Part shown: in pieces, positions 29,200 through 38,398 of the stretch
Position numbering within the stretch: position 1 is the stretch's first letter
Layout: each line of letters opens with the position of its first letter
Virus record (IMG/VR): IMGVR_UViG_3300048838_000199
Coordinates: 1-56,969 of that record
Origin: a virus
Taxonomy: Duplodnaviria > Caudoviricetes
Strand: one strand, 5' to 3'
DNA: 56,969 bases
Position numbers and translations under genes: made by a program
Notes under the pieces: model-generated
Told to the model about the DNA's origin: nothing
Seen by the model: only the letters and a program-made list of their open reading frames with translations
Database searches by the model: none

Positions 29200-30285
29200 T
29201 TAGTCGTCGGCCTTGTTGGGGTCGTCGTACACGTGGGCACAGTTCTGGCATTCCAGCTGGCCGGCCTCGGTGTACTGGACGCGCCGGCTGCCGCAGCTCG
29301 GGCACCCTGGCAGGTCCAACATGCCCACGAAGTCGCTGTCGTGCTTCATCAGGTCCACAATCGCGCCTATGCGCCCACGGTGCTGGTCTTGCTCGGCCAC
29401 GGCCTCGTGCCATAGGTCCATGTCCAGCTCGCGCTTGATTCCATCCTCGGCCAGCTGCGCCAGTACCCTCGGTTCCAGCGCGTCCAGCTCCCAGGATTCG
29501 CGCCCGTACCGCCTGATGTAGCCGCCGGCCCTGCTGTCGGTGATCTTGGCCGGGTTGGGTGGTGGGGCATACTGCTGAATCTGCGCCATGGTCAGTGCCA
29601 TGTGCCGCACGGTCAGCTTGTCGTTGCCGTCGTCGTCGGTTTCGTTGTAGCTGTACACCTTCTGGTCGCCCTTGTCGTATTCGCCCAGCTCGGTGAACAG
29701 CAGCAGCCGGTCCTCCACGTCGCGCACCATGTCGATGCCGCTGGGGTCGTGGTCGCCAAAGTACAGAATCACCACGCGCTTGTCGCTGTCCAGGGCATCA
29801 CGCAGCCGCTGGCCGTTCTCGTACATGGCCGACGCGCTGGAATACCCACGGTTGGAAGTGAAGGGCACGTCCCACCGCCTGCAGACGGGTTCCAAGACAC
29901 CCTCCAGGGCCGCCTTTTCCACCATCACCTCGACATGCACCGGCTGCCTGTCCCACAGTCGAATGCGGAACTGCTTGGCGCATGCCGCCACGATGTCTGC
30001 CGGGCTGTCCCAATGGGGGTTCTCGATCGTTTCACGGTTTCGGTCCTCGATCAGGTCCCAGTCGACCAGGCCGGCCAACCTCGCATCGGTCAGCAGGCTG
30101 CCGATGTTCTTGTACGACGTTTCCTTGTTGGGCAGGCCGTGGTGCGCCACCAGCTGGTAATAAACCTGCCGCAGGGATAGCCGGTACCCCTGCGCTGCAT
30201 AGCTGGTGCATATCTCGATGATCTTGCGCACCCACTTCAGGCTGTCAGGCTTGAAGTCCTTCTCGATGTAACAGTGCTTTGCCAT
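29200..30285 (-). CDS. Topoisomerase VI subunit A / Spo11-like winged-helix+TOPRIM protein (Mini-A-like)
   Basis: SLRQVYY, VEK, RGYSS, YFGDHDPSG, WELDAL. Confidence 0.8.
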   Translation of the reverse strand: MAKHCYIEKDFKPDSLKWVRKIIEICTSYAAQGYRLSLRQVYYQLVAHHGLPNKETSYKNIGSLLTDARLAGLVDWDLIEDRNRETIENPHWDSPADIVAACAKQFRIRLWDRQPVHVEVMVEKAALEGVLEPVCRRWDVPFTSNRGYSSASAMYENGQRLRDALDSDKRVVILYFGDHDPSGIDMVRDVEDRLLLFTELGEYDKGDQKVYSYNETDDDGNDKLTVRHMALTMAQIQQYAPPPNPAKITDSRAGGYIRRYGRESWELDALEPRVLAQLAEDGIKRELDMDLWHEAVAEQDQHRGRIGAIVDLMKHDSDFVGMLDLPGCPSCGSRRVQYTEAGQLECQNCAHVYDDPNKADD

Positions 30286-30801
30286 TTACTTCACTTCCTC
30301 GCAGTCTGCGCACGCTTCGTGCTGCTGCTTGCCATGGACGCACACGCCGCAGGCCGCTGGGTCCTCGTCTGCTGGCTTGGTCGTCGTTGCCTCGGTCACC
30401 AGGGCCTCGTATCCCTTGCTGCGCTCGGTGCTGGCCAGCTTCGTGGCCAGGTCGTGCCTGCCGCACCAGCCGGCCACCTTCCAAGGCCCTGCTGGGCAGC
30501 CATCGGCCCCTAAGTCGACAAGGGCCTGCAGCTTGTCCACCTGCTCGGTGTAGTGCGCCACCAGCTTGCCGTACGTCCAGCCCTTGGCCGATGACATGGC
30601 ATCAGGGCCGTGGTCGCGCACGTCGGCCTGGTTCATGGCCAGCCGCTCTGCGTTGTACTTCAGGTCCCTGGCTGCCTCTGCGTGGACCTTCTGGCCAGTC
30701 TTGCGTTCCCAGACTGCGTGCGTGTACGTCCTGTTCTCGCTGGTGCGCATGGCCACCTCACCCGTTGCCGGGTGGGTGGTGTAGAACTTCGTGCGTGCCA
30801 T
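30286..30801 (-). CDS. Hypothetical protein
   Basis: TAATG overlap with the upstream gene. Confidence 0.65.
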   Translation of the reverse strand: MARTKFYTTHPATGEVAMRTSENRTYTHAVWERKTGQKVHAEAARDLKYNAERLAMNQADVRDHGPDAMSSAKGWTYGKLVAHYTEQVDKLQALVDLGADGCPAGPWKVAGWCGRHDLATKLASTERSKGYEALVTEATTTKPADEDPAACGVCVHGKQQHEACADCEEVK

Positions 30802-31295
30802 TACTTGGCACCTTCCAGCCAGGTCACCCTGTACAGGCCGTCCTTCTTGAATCTTCGGCACAGCACCCGCATCAGCGTGCTGGGGTTGTCGAATGCGACG
30901 CTGAACCACTCCATGCGGCTGGACCTGTGCGCCAGGTCATTCAATCGCGCCTGGAACTTGCTGGCCGTGTGAATGCTCAGGAAGTACCGGCTGTGGAATC
31001 CTTCGGCACCCTTGTCGCGCTTCGTGTGAAGGTGGCCGAGTTTGATGGAATCAGCCACCACCTGCACCGTGTTGATGCGTGGAATGGTCAGCTGGTACCC
31101 GTCGGCACAGGTCACTGTGAAGTGGCCAGGGTCGCAGCCTGCGCGCATCCATGCCGGTGCGCTCGTGTCCTCGATCGTGGCCACCTGCATGGCTTGGCCG
31201 TGGTGCATGAACACCATGCCCGGCTGCAGGTCGCGTGCGCTGATGATGCTGGTGCCGCCAGCTGCGGGGTTCTGGGTTGGGGTTGTGGTTCCCAT
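30801..31295 (-). CDS. Hypothetical protein (leaderless, MGTTTPT)
   Basis: Class-I promoter directly upstream. Confidence 0.7.
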   Translation of the reverse strand: MGTTTPTQNPAAGGTSIISARDLQPGMVFMHHGQAMQVATIEDTSAPAWMRAGCDPGHFTVTCADGYQLTIPRINTVQVVADSIKLGHLHTKRDKGAEGFHSRYFLSIHTASKFQARLNDLAHRSSRMEWFSVAFDNPSTLMRVLCRRFKKDGLYRVTWLEGAK

Positions 31296-31372
31296 GCACT
31301 GCATTATACACAACATGCTGCACGATGCAATACCAAAACAGCAAAATGGGCAGCATTTTACTGCCGCCCATT
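31296..31372 (-). promoter_or_regulatory. Terminator plus class-I promoter/operator cassette
   Basis: ATGGGCGGCA..TGCTGCCCAT-TTT then TTTTGGTATTGCATCGTGCAGCATGTTGTGTATAAT. Confidence 0.85.
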
Positions 31373-31396
31373 CCTGCCGATTCCTTGCCTGGTCGT

Positions 31397-31945
31397 TTAA
31401 TCCAGGTCCACGAACCTGCTAAAGAACCCAGGGTCGCGCACGCGCTCGTACAGCCCGCCGCCGTCGCTCTGGCTTCCTGCCTTGCCCGCGCTGGTGTTGC
31501 CCTCGTACGTGCGCAGCTTGCCGCCGGCCAGGACCTGCGCCACGATGCCGATGTGCCCGGTGCCGTCCTCACGAACGAACAGGCACAGCCGGCCACGCGC
31601 TGGGGTGTTGCTCAGTCGGTTGTTGCTGCTGGCCCAGCTGCGCCACTGCGCCACGCGCGCGCTGTTCGGGTCGCCGGGGCCGATCGTAACACCGGCCACT
31701 TCACAAGCGAACTCGATGCTGGCCGCGCACCAGTTGTACTGCATGTTCCCACTCAGGCCGGTGGACGTCATGATGGCCGACACCCAGGGGCCTCGGTTGT
31801 TGCCGCCGACTTCGCGCACCTTGATGTCGTTGGCCAGGACTGACATGGCCAGCAGGACGCGCTCGCCTGCCTTCTTGGTCGCATAGTCGGGGTATCGCTG
31901 GCTCAGGATGGCCAGCACCTTCTGCTTCGCTTCTTGGGTCGTCAT
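31397..31945 (-). CDS. CHAP-domain endolysin
   Basis: GNNRG, WCAAS, GHIGIV, EGNT. Confidence 0.85.
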   Translation of the reverse strand: MTTQEAKQKVLAILSQRYPDYATKKAGERVLLAMSVLANDIKVREVGGNNRGPWVSAIMTSTGLSGNMQYNWCAASIEFACEVAGVTIGPGDPNSARVAQWRSWASSNNRLSNTPARGRLCLFVREDGTGHIGIVAQVLAGGKLRTYEGNTSAGKAGSQSDGGGLYERVRDPGFFSRFVDLD

Positions 31946-31970
31946 GGTTTCACCTCGCGCCTAGTTTAGT

Positions 31971-32375
31971 TCATTCGCGCCGGTCACGCTCGTAAATAGC
32001 CTGCAGCCTTGCCTTGGCTTCAGCCTGCTCTGGCGTCAGTGCGTCGCCGGCCACCTCGAAACACTGCAGCACGAACAGGGCACTGATGGCCTGGCTGTAC
32101 TCGGTGTTCTCTCGGTCACGATGCAGCAGCCTGCGCTTCAGGTCGTCCACCTCTGCCTGCAGTCCTTCCACCGTCTTAGTTTCGGGGTCGCGCTGCTGAA
32201 TCTCTCGATTCAGATACCAGGCCGCCTTCTTTAGGTCCTCGGTGCCCGCCTTTTCCTTTTCGCGCAGCACGTACTTCACCACGTTGCCCAGGCAGAAGCC
32301 AAGGCCGAACTGCTCGATGATGCGCATTACCGTGTCGCCCTTGTAATGCCCTGGGTTCACTGGGTCGTGTCCCAT
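31971..32375 (-). CDS. DUF3310 family protein
   Basis: VNPGHY, GFCLGNVVKY, EDLKKAAWYL. Confidence 0.88.
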   Translation of the reverse strand: MGHDPVNPGHYKGDTVMRIIEQFGLGFCLGNVVKYVLREKEKAGTEDLKKAAWYLNREIQQRDPETKTVEGLQAEVDDLKRRLLHRDRENTEYSQAISALFVLQCFEVAGDALTPEQAEAKARLQAIYERDRRE

Positions 32376-33256
32376 CAGCGTGCCACCACCACGTTCTCGT
32401 TGGCGAAGTCCTTGCGATACTGCCGCCAGCCGGCAAAGTTGCCCCAGTATTCGCGCTCGGTGTCTGGTGTGGCCACGTGTTCAAACGGTGACCAGTGGCC
32501 AGACTTGGCCAACCTGTCGTGCAGCTCGATGTCGGCCAGCACGTCGCGCTTGCCTTCGTGGGTCAGGTAGGACACCCTGGCGCACCGGCCCACCGACACC
32601 TTGGTGACGTACTCGGGCAGCACCATCTCCATGTGGCTGCAGCTGATGCCTTCACCACCGTGGTATGCCGATGAATCCAGGTATGCCTGCACGTCCTGGA
32701 TGTCCTGGTCCTCGATCAGGGGCCAGTGCCACCAGCCTGCCGGCACTTCCTTCGGCTGGCTTGCTTCCATGGCTTCGCGCGCCATGGTCGCCACGGCCTG
32801 GAACGATGGCTCGGCCTCGGGACTGCAGCGCAGGTGCCAGACGTTGGCCCAGTCGGTCGCGCTTACGATGATCGTGCAGAACATCCAAGGCTCCAGCAGC
32901 CGGTTCACGTACTGCTTGTGGATGTTCAGCGTGTGCATCAGCCTGGCCTTGTTTACCGCGTCGTCCCGGCCTTCCAGCCACAGCGTGCGCGCCAGCTCTG
33001 CCTGGTCGTCGTCCAGAACGTCGCCGGCCTGCATGCCCTTCTGGTTCTGCCTGAACTCGGGCACGAACGGGTCGTCCACCACGCGCTGTATCAGCTTCTC
33101 GGTGGGGATGGCCCGGCTGCTGGCCGCGTTCCTGCTAAGCATTCGGTGGGTGTTCACCTCGGCCAGAATGACGCGCGGGAATGTCCATTCCATCGTGGTC
33201 AGTCGCTGGCCCTGTGGACTGATGGAATCACACAGGACGCGCGCGCTGATGGGCAT
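32375..33256 (-). CDS. thyX: FAD-dependent thymidylate synthase
   Basis: AEVNTHRMLSRNAASSRAIP, HKQYVNRLLEP, CARVSY, HWSPFEH. Confidence 0.9.
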   Translation of the reverse strand: MPISARVLCDSISPQGQRLTTMEWTFPRVILAEVNTHRMLSRNAASSRAIPTEKLIQRVVDDPFVPEFRQNQKGMQAGDVLDDDQAELARTLWLEGRDDAVNKARLMHTLNIHKQYVNRLLEPWMFCTIIVSATDWANVWHLRCSPEAEPSFQAVATMAREAMEASQPKEVPAGWWHWPLIEDQDIQDVQAYLDSSAYHGGEGISCSHMEMVLPEYVTKVSVGRCARVSYLTHEGKRDVLADIELHDRLAKSGHWSPFEHVATPDTEREYWGNFAGWRQYRKDFANENVVVAR

Positions 33257-33678
33257 TACTTCTGCAGCTCCAGATTCAGCTGCTGCGTCTTGCCGTTGGC
33301 CGACGCATAGACCGTGCCCTCGATCTTGGGGCCAGCGCGCAGGAACAGCTGGCCGGTCACCGTGGCATCCGTGCTGCCGATCTTCAGGGTGCCGACGACG
33401 TTGCCGCTGCCGGACACCGTGCCGCTGCCGGTGAAGTCGGTGCCGGTTCGGTTGTTGTGGCCGGTGGCCGTGAACTTACCGCTGCCCTCGATGGCCATGG
33501 TGATGGGGCCGCTGCCGTTGACAGGTATCTGGTCCTGGAACGTGCCAGACCAGCTGCCGGCATAGGGGCTGCTGCCCCCACCCCCACCACCGCCCGAGCC
33601 AAGGTTGGCACCACCGCCACCGCAGCCGAAGGCAAGAACGACGAAAACGCCCAACAGGGCCATGCGCATGTGTTTCAT
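33256..33678 (-). CDS. Lipoprotein
   Basis: Signal peptide with LAFG-C lipobox and Gly linker; own promoter with operator. Confidence 0.8.
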   Translation of the reverse strand: MKHMRMALLGVFVVLAFGCGGGGANLGSGGGGGGGSSPYAGSWSGTFQDQIPVNGSGPITMAIEGSGKFTATGHNNRTGTDFTGSGTVSGSGNVVGTLKIGSTDATVTGQLFLRAGPKIEGTVYASANGKTQQLNLELQK

Positions 33679-33862
33679 ACAGCCGCATTATAACACAGCA
33701 CCATGCAGCACGCATACAGCACAACGGGCCGCCGTTTCCAGCAGCCCGTCGACTTGGTTGCCTATCGCTTGGCTGGGTGCCGCAGCTGGCCCACGATCAG
33801 CAACCACACCCTGCAGAACCTGAACCGTGGCCGGCCTTGGTGTCTGCTCGGCTGCCGGTGCT

Positions 33863-34497
33863 TCACTGCTGGCCTTCCTGGTCCACCACCTGGCGCGCTT
33901 CGTCGTTCAGGGGTTCCACGTTGGTGAACTTCTGCGGCAGACCATGCTGGCCTGGCTGCGTCAGCCACTCGGGGTGCGTGGCTTCCTTCCACCACCTGGC
34001 ATACGTCGGTGTTTGCTCTGCGCGCCACACGCCGGCCAGCACCGGGCTGCGCATGTCGCCCTCGTTCACCACTTCCACCTCGCCGGCCTCGGCTGGCAGC
34101 ATGGTAATGCACCTGTGCTGGGTGATCTCGTGCAGGGCCTGCTCCAGCTCGGCCCGTGTCAGCCCCTTGGCGTTCAGCATCAGCTGCTGCTTGGCGAAGG
34201 TCAGGACGTGGCGCAGCCGCCCCATAATCGCATCGATGTCCTGCTCGGCTGCCTGGGCCTGTGCGTCGTTCTCGGGCACCTGCGCCAGAACCTCGGCCAG
34301 CTTGTCCAAGTCGGCAGTGGCTTCGTCCACCACCTCGATGGTCGCAGCCTCGGCCAGCACGACGCCGGCCTATGGTCGCCCTTCTTGGCCAGCAGCTGGT
34401 GGCTGTCCTTGTCGTCGGGGGCCTCGGCCAGGATGCCCTTGCCGTCCAGTCGCATCCAGATGTCGTGCGGGGCAGTGATGGGCTGCATGGTTGCCAT
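33863..34497 (-). other. Possibly frameshifted gene (34497 start continuing into 33863..34360 frame)
   Basis: Leaderless ATG at 34497; coding character shifts to the -1 frame near 34365. Confidence 0.4.
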
Positions 34498-34631
34498 GGC
34501 TCTGATGTTACCCGTGGGCAAAGTAAAGGCCCCCTACCGCTGCCGTCGCAGACCTCGGGGGCCTTCCTGGACGACTCGCAGCTCCCACGTCTGGTGCTGC
34601 GCCAGGCTGCGCAGGATTCGCTGGTGTGACT

Positions 34632-35375
34632 TTACCCGCCTCGATCGGTGGCCGCGCCACTCGTGCCTGTCGTCTTGGTCGGTGCCGGCACGAACGACAC
34701 CCGAACATCGAACAGCCGCGCGCCTCTGCTGGCCGAGTCGGTGTACAGATACCCGTCCTTCATCAGCCAGTAGGCCATGCGCAGCTGGTGACCAACCGGG
34801 CACACGTCGGTGGTGCCTCGGCCCACTTCCTTCTTGGTGCCGTCTGGGAACACGCCCCACTGCACGACGTTCGCGCCCTTGGCATGCACTTCCATGGTCA
34901 GCTCGTACTTGTTGAAGGGCCGCGCCAGCTGCTTGAAGCTGGCCACGTTCACCCCTGCCCTGAACGCGCCGCAATACAGCAGGTACGGGTTGTTGGCGTC
35001 GCGCCAGCGCGTGGCTTCCAGCACGTCCACCTCGTCCTTGGTGGCGTCGTCGTACGTCCAGATGGCCCGCACGCCGGCAGGGTCGTCCTGGTCCATTCGG
35101 TTGCGCACCTCGAAGGTGTACGTGCCCAGCTGCACCTTCGGACCCAGGACGCCGGCAGACTCGAATGCGTTGGTGATCTTGAACCGCAGCCACCCCTGGC
35201 TCATGCTCTGCACCAGCTTGGGGTTGTACGGGGCCGCATATCCGACTTCACCGCTGCGCATGGTCCATGCCGTGATGCGAGTGGGTGCCGGGGTGTCGGC
35301 CTGGGTGGTTTCCTTGACTTGGCCAACGGCCAGGACAGCCGCCAGCAGAACGCCGATGATGGTTATGCGTCGCAT
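34632..35375 (-). CDS. Secreted/periplasmic protein
   Basis: N-terminal signal peptide; TATAGT-N6-ATG. Confidence 0.7.
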   Translation of the reverse strand: MRRITIIGVLLAAVLAVGQVKETTQADTPAPTRITAWTMRSGEVGYAAPYNPKLVQSMSQGWLRFKITNAFESAGVLGPKVQLGTYTFEVRNRMDQDDPAGVRAIWTYDDATKDEVDVLEATRWRDANNPYLLYCGAFRAGVNVASFKQLARPFNKYELTMEVHAKGANVVQWGVFPDGTKKEVGRGTTDVCPVGHQLRMAYWLMKDGYLYTDSASRGARLFDVRVSFVPAPTKTTGTSGAATDRGG

Positions 35376-35391
35376 GGCCGACTATACCGCC

Positions 35392-35601
35392 TTACACGCG
35401 CTGCCGACGGGTGAACAGTGCCACGTACTCGGGCCTGGCCTTGCCCACCATCACCAGGGTGCCCGTGGCCCATTCCTCGCAGACCAGATACCAGCAGCTC
35501 GGGCAGCTGCGCCGCACCACCTTGCCGTTGTCGACCAGCTGGTGGATGGCACCGGGCTGGCCGCATCGGTCGCACTTGGCCAGGTCAGGGTTCCACGCCA
35601 T
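35392..35601 (-). CDS. Small Zn-finger protein
   Basis: CDRC and CPSC. Confidence 0.5.
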   Translation of the reverse strand: MAWNPDLAKCDRCGQPGAIHQLVDNGKVVRRSCPSCWYLVCEEWATGTLVMVGKARPEYVALFTRRQRV

Positions 35602-35893
35602 GGGCACACAGGATGCACCGCCGGCCTGGTCGCACGTACCACCCGCGCCTGTGGGTGCGCATCGGCAGGACGTGGCCGCATTCCAGCAGCTCTGCATCGG
35701 GCTGCCTAGCTTGCCAGTGGTCGCCCACCACGTCGTACACCGGGCTGGCGTCCCAGTTCAGCATCGCCCAGTGCCGGCTGCCCTCGATTCGGATGCCGCA
35801 GTCTGGCCAGAACTGCTGCCGTGGCACCTCGATCGTGTGGCCGCCCAGGTCCCAGACGTAAGCCACCACCTGCTGGACGGCCTTGCGCTTCAT
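35585..35893 (-). CDS. Hypothetical protein
   Basis: LECGH..CILC; overlaps with neighbours. Confidence 0.55.
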   Translation of the reverse strand: MKRKAVQQVVAYVWDLGGHTIEVPRQQFWPDCGIRIEGSRHWAMLNWDASPVYDVVGDHWQARQPDAELLECGHVLPMRTHRRGWYVRPGRRCILCAHGVEP

Positions 35894-36195
35894 GACTGTG
35901 CCCCCTTGCCCCTTGCCGGCACCAGTAACTCGAGACGGTGCAGTGCGCCCTTCCTGGTGTTCAGCGTCGCGCCTCGTGTCGATGGCCGCAGGCAGTCCCT
36001 ATGCAGAACGCGCAGGCTGCCGAACCTGGCTTGTGAGTCGTCAATCACGAACGGCCTGGTGCCGATCGGTTGCCCGCATTCGGGGCACTCCATGGCCGGC
36101 ACCTTGTCCAGGTCGCAGCCGTATGGCCCGATGTTCGCGCCCTCTCGTGGGCAGCACAGCAGGCAGGTGCAGCCGTCGACTGGCTCGTGATTCAC
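35890..36195 (-). CDS. Hypothetical Zn-finger protein
   Basis: CPEC..H..C; GTGA overlap. Confidence 0.5.
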   Translation of the reverse strand: MNHEPVDGCTCLLCCPREGANIGPYGCDLDKVPAMECPECGQPIGTRPFVIDDSQARFGSLRVLHRDCLRPSTRGATLNTRKGALHRLELLVPARGKGAQS

Positions 36196-36776
36196 TCCAC
36201 CCACCTGCCGAACCAGTTGCCGCGCACTTCCTTCAGCGTCACCGGCTTGGTCAGTAGCTTGGCCAGCTGCTGCACGTGCTGAACGTCCAGGCCCACGTTG
36301 GGATCTGTGCGCACCAGCCGTGGTGCCGGCACTTCCAGGTCGTCCACGATGGCGAAGGCCACCGGCACGCCGTCCATGCTCGGCTGCCGCCTGAACGCCT
36401 GCAGGTGTGCGCCTATCTGCTCGGCCCGCACCCTGGTGCCGTGCTGCTTCAGCCACTCCCAGTATTCGGGTGTGGTCCTGTTGCCCCAGAACTGGCCCTC
36501 GGTCGCATCTTCGTCGCTGGCCGTCACGCTGTGGATGCGCTGGTAACAGTCCAGCCCATGCGTCAGCAGCAGCGTCTCGATGCCGGCCATGGTCATGTTG
36601 CCGTTGTGCAGCTGATACCGCCAGGCCGACGACAGCACCAGCTGCACGTCGGGCATGGCTGCCAGCAGCCGGTTCATCAGGCCGGTGGGGTACGGGTGCA
36701 GGCCGCTGTACCCGTTGGCGTGCCGCTCGTGTCGATTCAGCACGCCATCGATGTCCAAGTACAGCAGCCGCATCAT
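36192..36776 (-). CDS. HAD-domain protein (Swiss-Army-knife RNA-repair-like)
   Basis: LYLDIDGVLN, VLSSAWR, AIVDD. Confidence 0.85.
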   Translation of the reverse strand: MMRLLYLDIDGVLNRHERHANGYSGLHPYPTGLMNRLLAAMPDVQLVLSSAWRYQLHNGNMTMAGIETLLLTHGLDCYQRIHSVTASDEDATEGQFWGNRTTPEYWEWLKQHGTRVRAEQIGAHLQAFRRQPSMDGVPVAFAIVDDLEVPAPRLVRTDPNVGLDVQHVQQLAKLLTKPVTLKEVRGNWFGRWVE

Positions 36777-37168
36777 TCTGCGCACCCGCCAAGGCTGCCG
36801 TAAAACGGGCACCGGCCACACTCCAACAGCTCGGGGTGACCTTCTCGGAATCGCAGCTCCCTGCCACACTCTGGGCACACCGGCAGCTCGAGCCTGCCCT
36901 GCTGCCAGCTGTACAGCATGAACTCGGCCACCTTCTGCTTCTTGCGTTCCTTGTGTTCGCCACTGATGGCAGGCAGGTGCTGGCCTTCTTGCAGCATTTC
37001 ATAAACGGCCAGCAGGTCGGCCACTTCGCCCATAATCCTGTCCGCGTTGCTGTGTGGTTGCCCCTGCTGCACTTCGTCCAGCCCGAACCTGGTGGCCTTG
37101 CTGCACCGTTGCGCGACTTCCACGCCTTCCTCGCCCAGGATGCCCAGCAGCATATCCAGCAGCGTCAC
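36773..37168 (-). CDS. MazG-like nucleotide pyrophosphohydrolase
   Basis: EEGVEVAQ..SK..RFG..EVADL. Confidence 0.75.
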   Translation of the reverse strand: MTLLDMLLGILGEEGVEVAQRCSKATRFGLDEVQQGQPHSNADRIMGEVADLLAVYEMLQEGQHLPAISGEHKERKKQKVAEFMLYSWQQGRLELPVCPECGRELRFREGHPELLECGRCPFYGSLGGCAE

Positions 37169-37473
37169 TGGTCCCACTCCCTGAGCAGTTCGCCCGTGAA
37201 CGTGATGGTGTTGCCGTCGTCGCCGGCCTGCACTTCCACGTGGGCACCGCTGGCGTTCTTGATGGCCTCGGCCATCTGCTCGGGGGTTGCGTCGTACGGC
37301 AGGGCCTCGGTTTCCCAGCCCTGCACGAACAGCTCGCCCTTCCACCTCGATGGCAGGACGCGCTCCCAGTGGTTGGGCAGCAGCCACGCCACCGCCCTGC
37401 CGATGATGCCGACGGGCACGACGACGCGCCGGCCCATCTGCCCAACCTTGAAGGATCCACCCGTGGCCTTCAC
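37165..37473 (-). CDS. Hypothetical protein
   Basis: GTGA overlaps on both sides. Confidence 0.55.
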   Translation of the reverse strand: MKATGGSFKVGQMGRRVVVPVGIIGRAVAWLLPNHWERVLPSRWKGELFVQGWETEALPYDATPEQMAEAIKNASGAHVEVQAGDDGNTITFTGELLREWDQ

Positions 37474-37706
37474 AGGTCCAGCCCTCCCTGCCCAGCTGCC
37501 TCGGCCACCATGCGCGCTGCGTGCGCCTTGCCCTGCTCCCTGGCTTCGTCCTCGGTGTCGAATCCCACGGCCATCAGGTCGTCGCCGGTGCCTGTGTCCA
37601 GCGTATACGCCCAGTGGGTGCCGTCCACTTCCTTCCACAGCTCGGCCTTGGGGTGCCCGGTGTGTTCGCACTCGATGCCGGCCCACAGCATGTACTTCGC
37701 CCTCAC
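37470..37706 (-). CDS. Hypothetical protein
   Basis: GTGA overlaps on both sides. Confidence 0.55.
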   Translation of the reverse strand: MRAKYMLWAGIECEHTGHPKAELWKEVDGTHWAYTLDTGTGDDLMAVGFDTEDEAREQGKAHAARMVAEAAGQGGLDL

Positions 37707-38050
37707 GAGTCGCCCCCTTGCTTCTCGGCCATAACGCCCAGCACAATGCTGCGCACTGCGTCGGGGCAGATGGTCAGGAGGCTGTGCTGTAGCTGGTAGC
37801 GCGCCCGATACTCGCCGCACTTCTCACCGACCTGGTAGCGCGCCCGATACTCGCCGCACTTCTCACCGACTTGTCGACCTTGGTGGTACACCCGCACAGC
37901 GTTGGCCAGCTCTGACTGCGTTGCCTCACCTTCCAGGGTGAACAGCTTGTCGCCCTCGCAGCTGAACACCTCGGTGTGGCCCTGTTCGTTGATGATGCCC
38001 TCGTACACGTCGCCGTTGTACGTGGTGGTGTTGGTTGGTTCGTCCATCAC
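37703..38050 (-). CDS. Hypothetical protein with a 13-aa duplication
   Basis: TATACT and operator (38068-38078) upstream. Confidence 0.65.
   Translation of the reverse strand: MMDEPTNTTTYNGDVYEGIINEQGHTEVFSCEGDKLFTLEGEATQSELANAVRVYHQGRQVGEKCGEYRARYQVGEKCGEYRARYQLQHSLLTICPDAVRSIVLGVMAEKQGGDS
37793..37870. repeat. Perfect 39-bp tandem duplication
   Basis: ctggtagcgcgcccgatactcgccgcacttctcaccgac x2. Confidence 0.95.
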
Positions 38051-38091
38051 CGTGCAGTATAGCGCATCATGCAGCACGGTGTGGCGTCATT

Positions 38092-38388
38092 TCACCAAAG
38101 TGAATCATGCCAGTCTGGGCACTCGATCGTTTGGCCGGCCATGGCGTGGGGGCAGTCGCTGCAGTATTCGATGCGCCCATCCTTCAGGAACAGGTGGCAC
38201 TTGGTGATGTTCGCACCTTCGCGTGCGCCCACGCGCAGCGATGGCGTGAACGTTGGCCGCTCCAGGTCGCCGTTGAAGTCCCAGCGGGGCACCTCGAATG
38301 GGTGGACGCACTGGCACGCTGGGCAGTAGAAGATGTAACAGGACACCACGCCCGCCTGGTTGTTCAGCCCCTTGATCTTGGCCGCCAT
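38092..38388 (-). CDS. DUF6527-like Cys/His protein
   Basis: CPAC..H, WDFNGD..PTFTPS, CHLF..G.I.YCSDCPH. Confidence 0.75.
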   Translation of the reverse strand: MAAKIKGLNNQAGVVSCYIFYCPACQCVHPFEVPRWDFNGDLERPTFTPSLRVGAREGANITKCHLFLKDGRIEYCSDCPHAMAGQTIECPDWHDSLW

Positions 38389-38398
38389 GCCCTCGATG

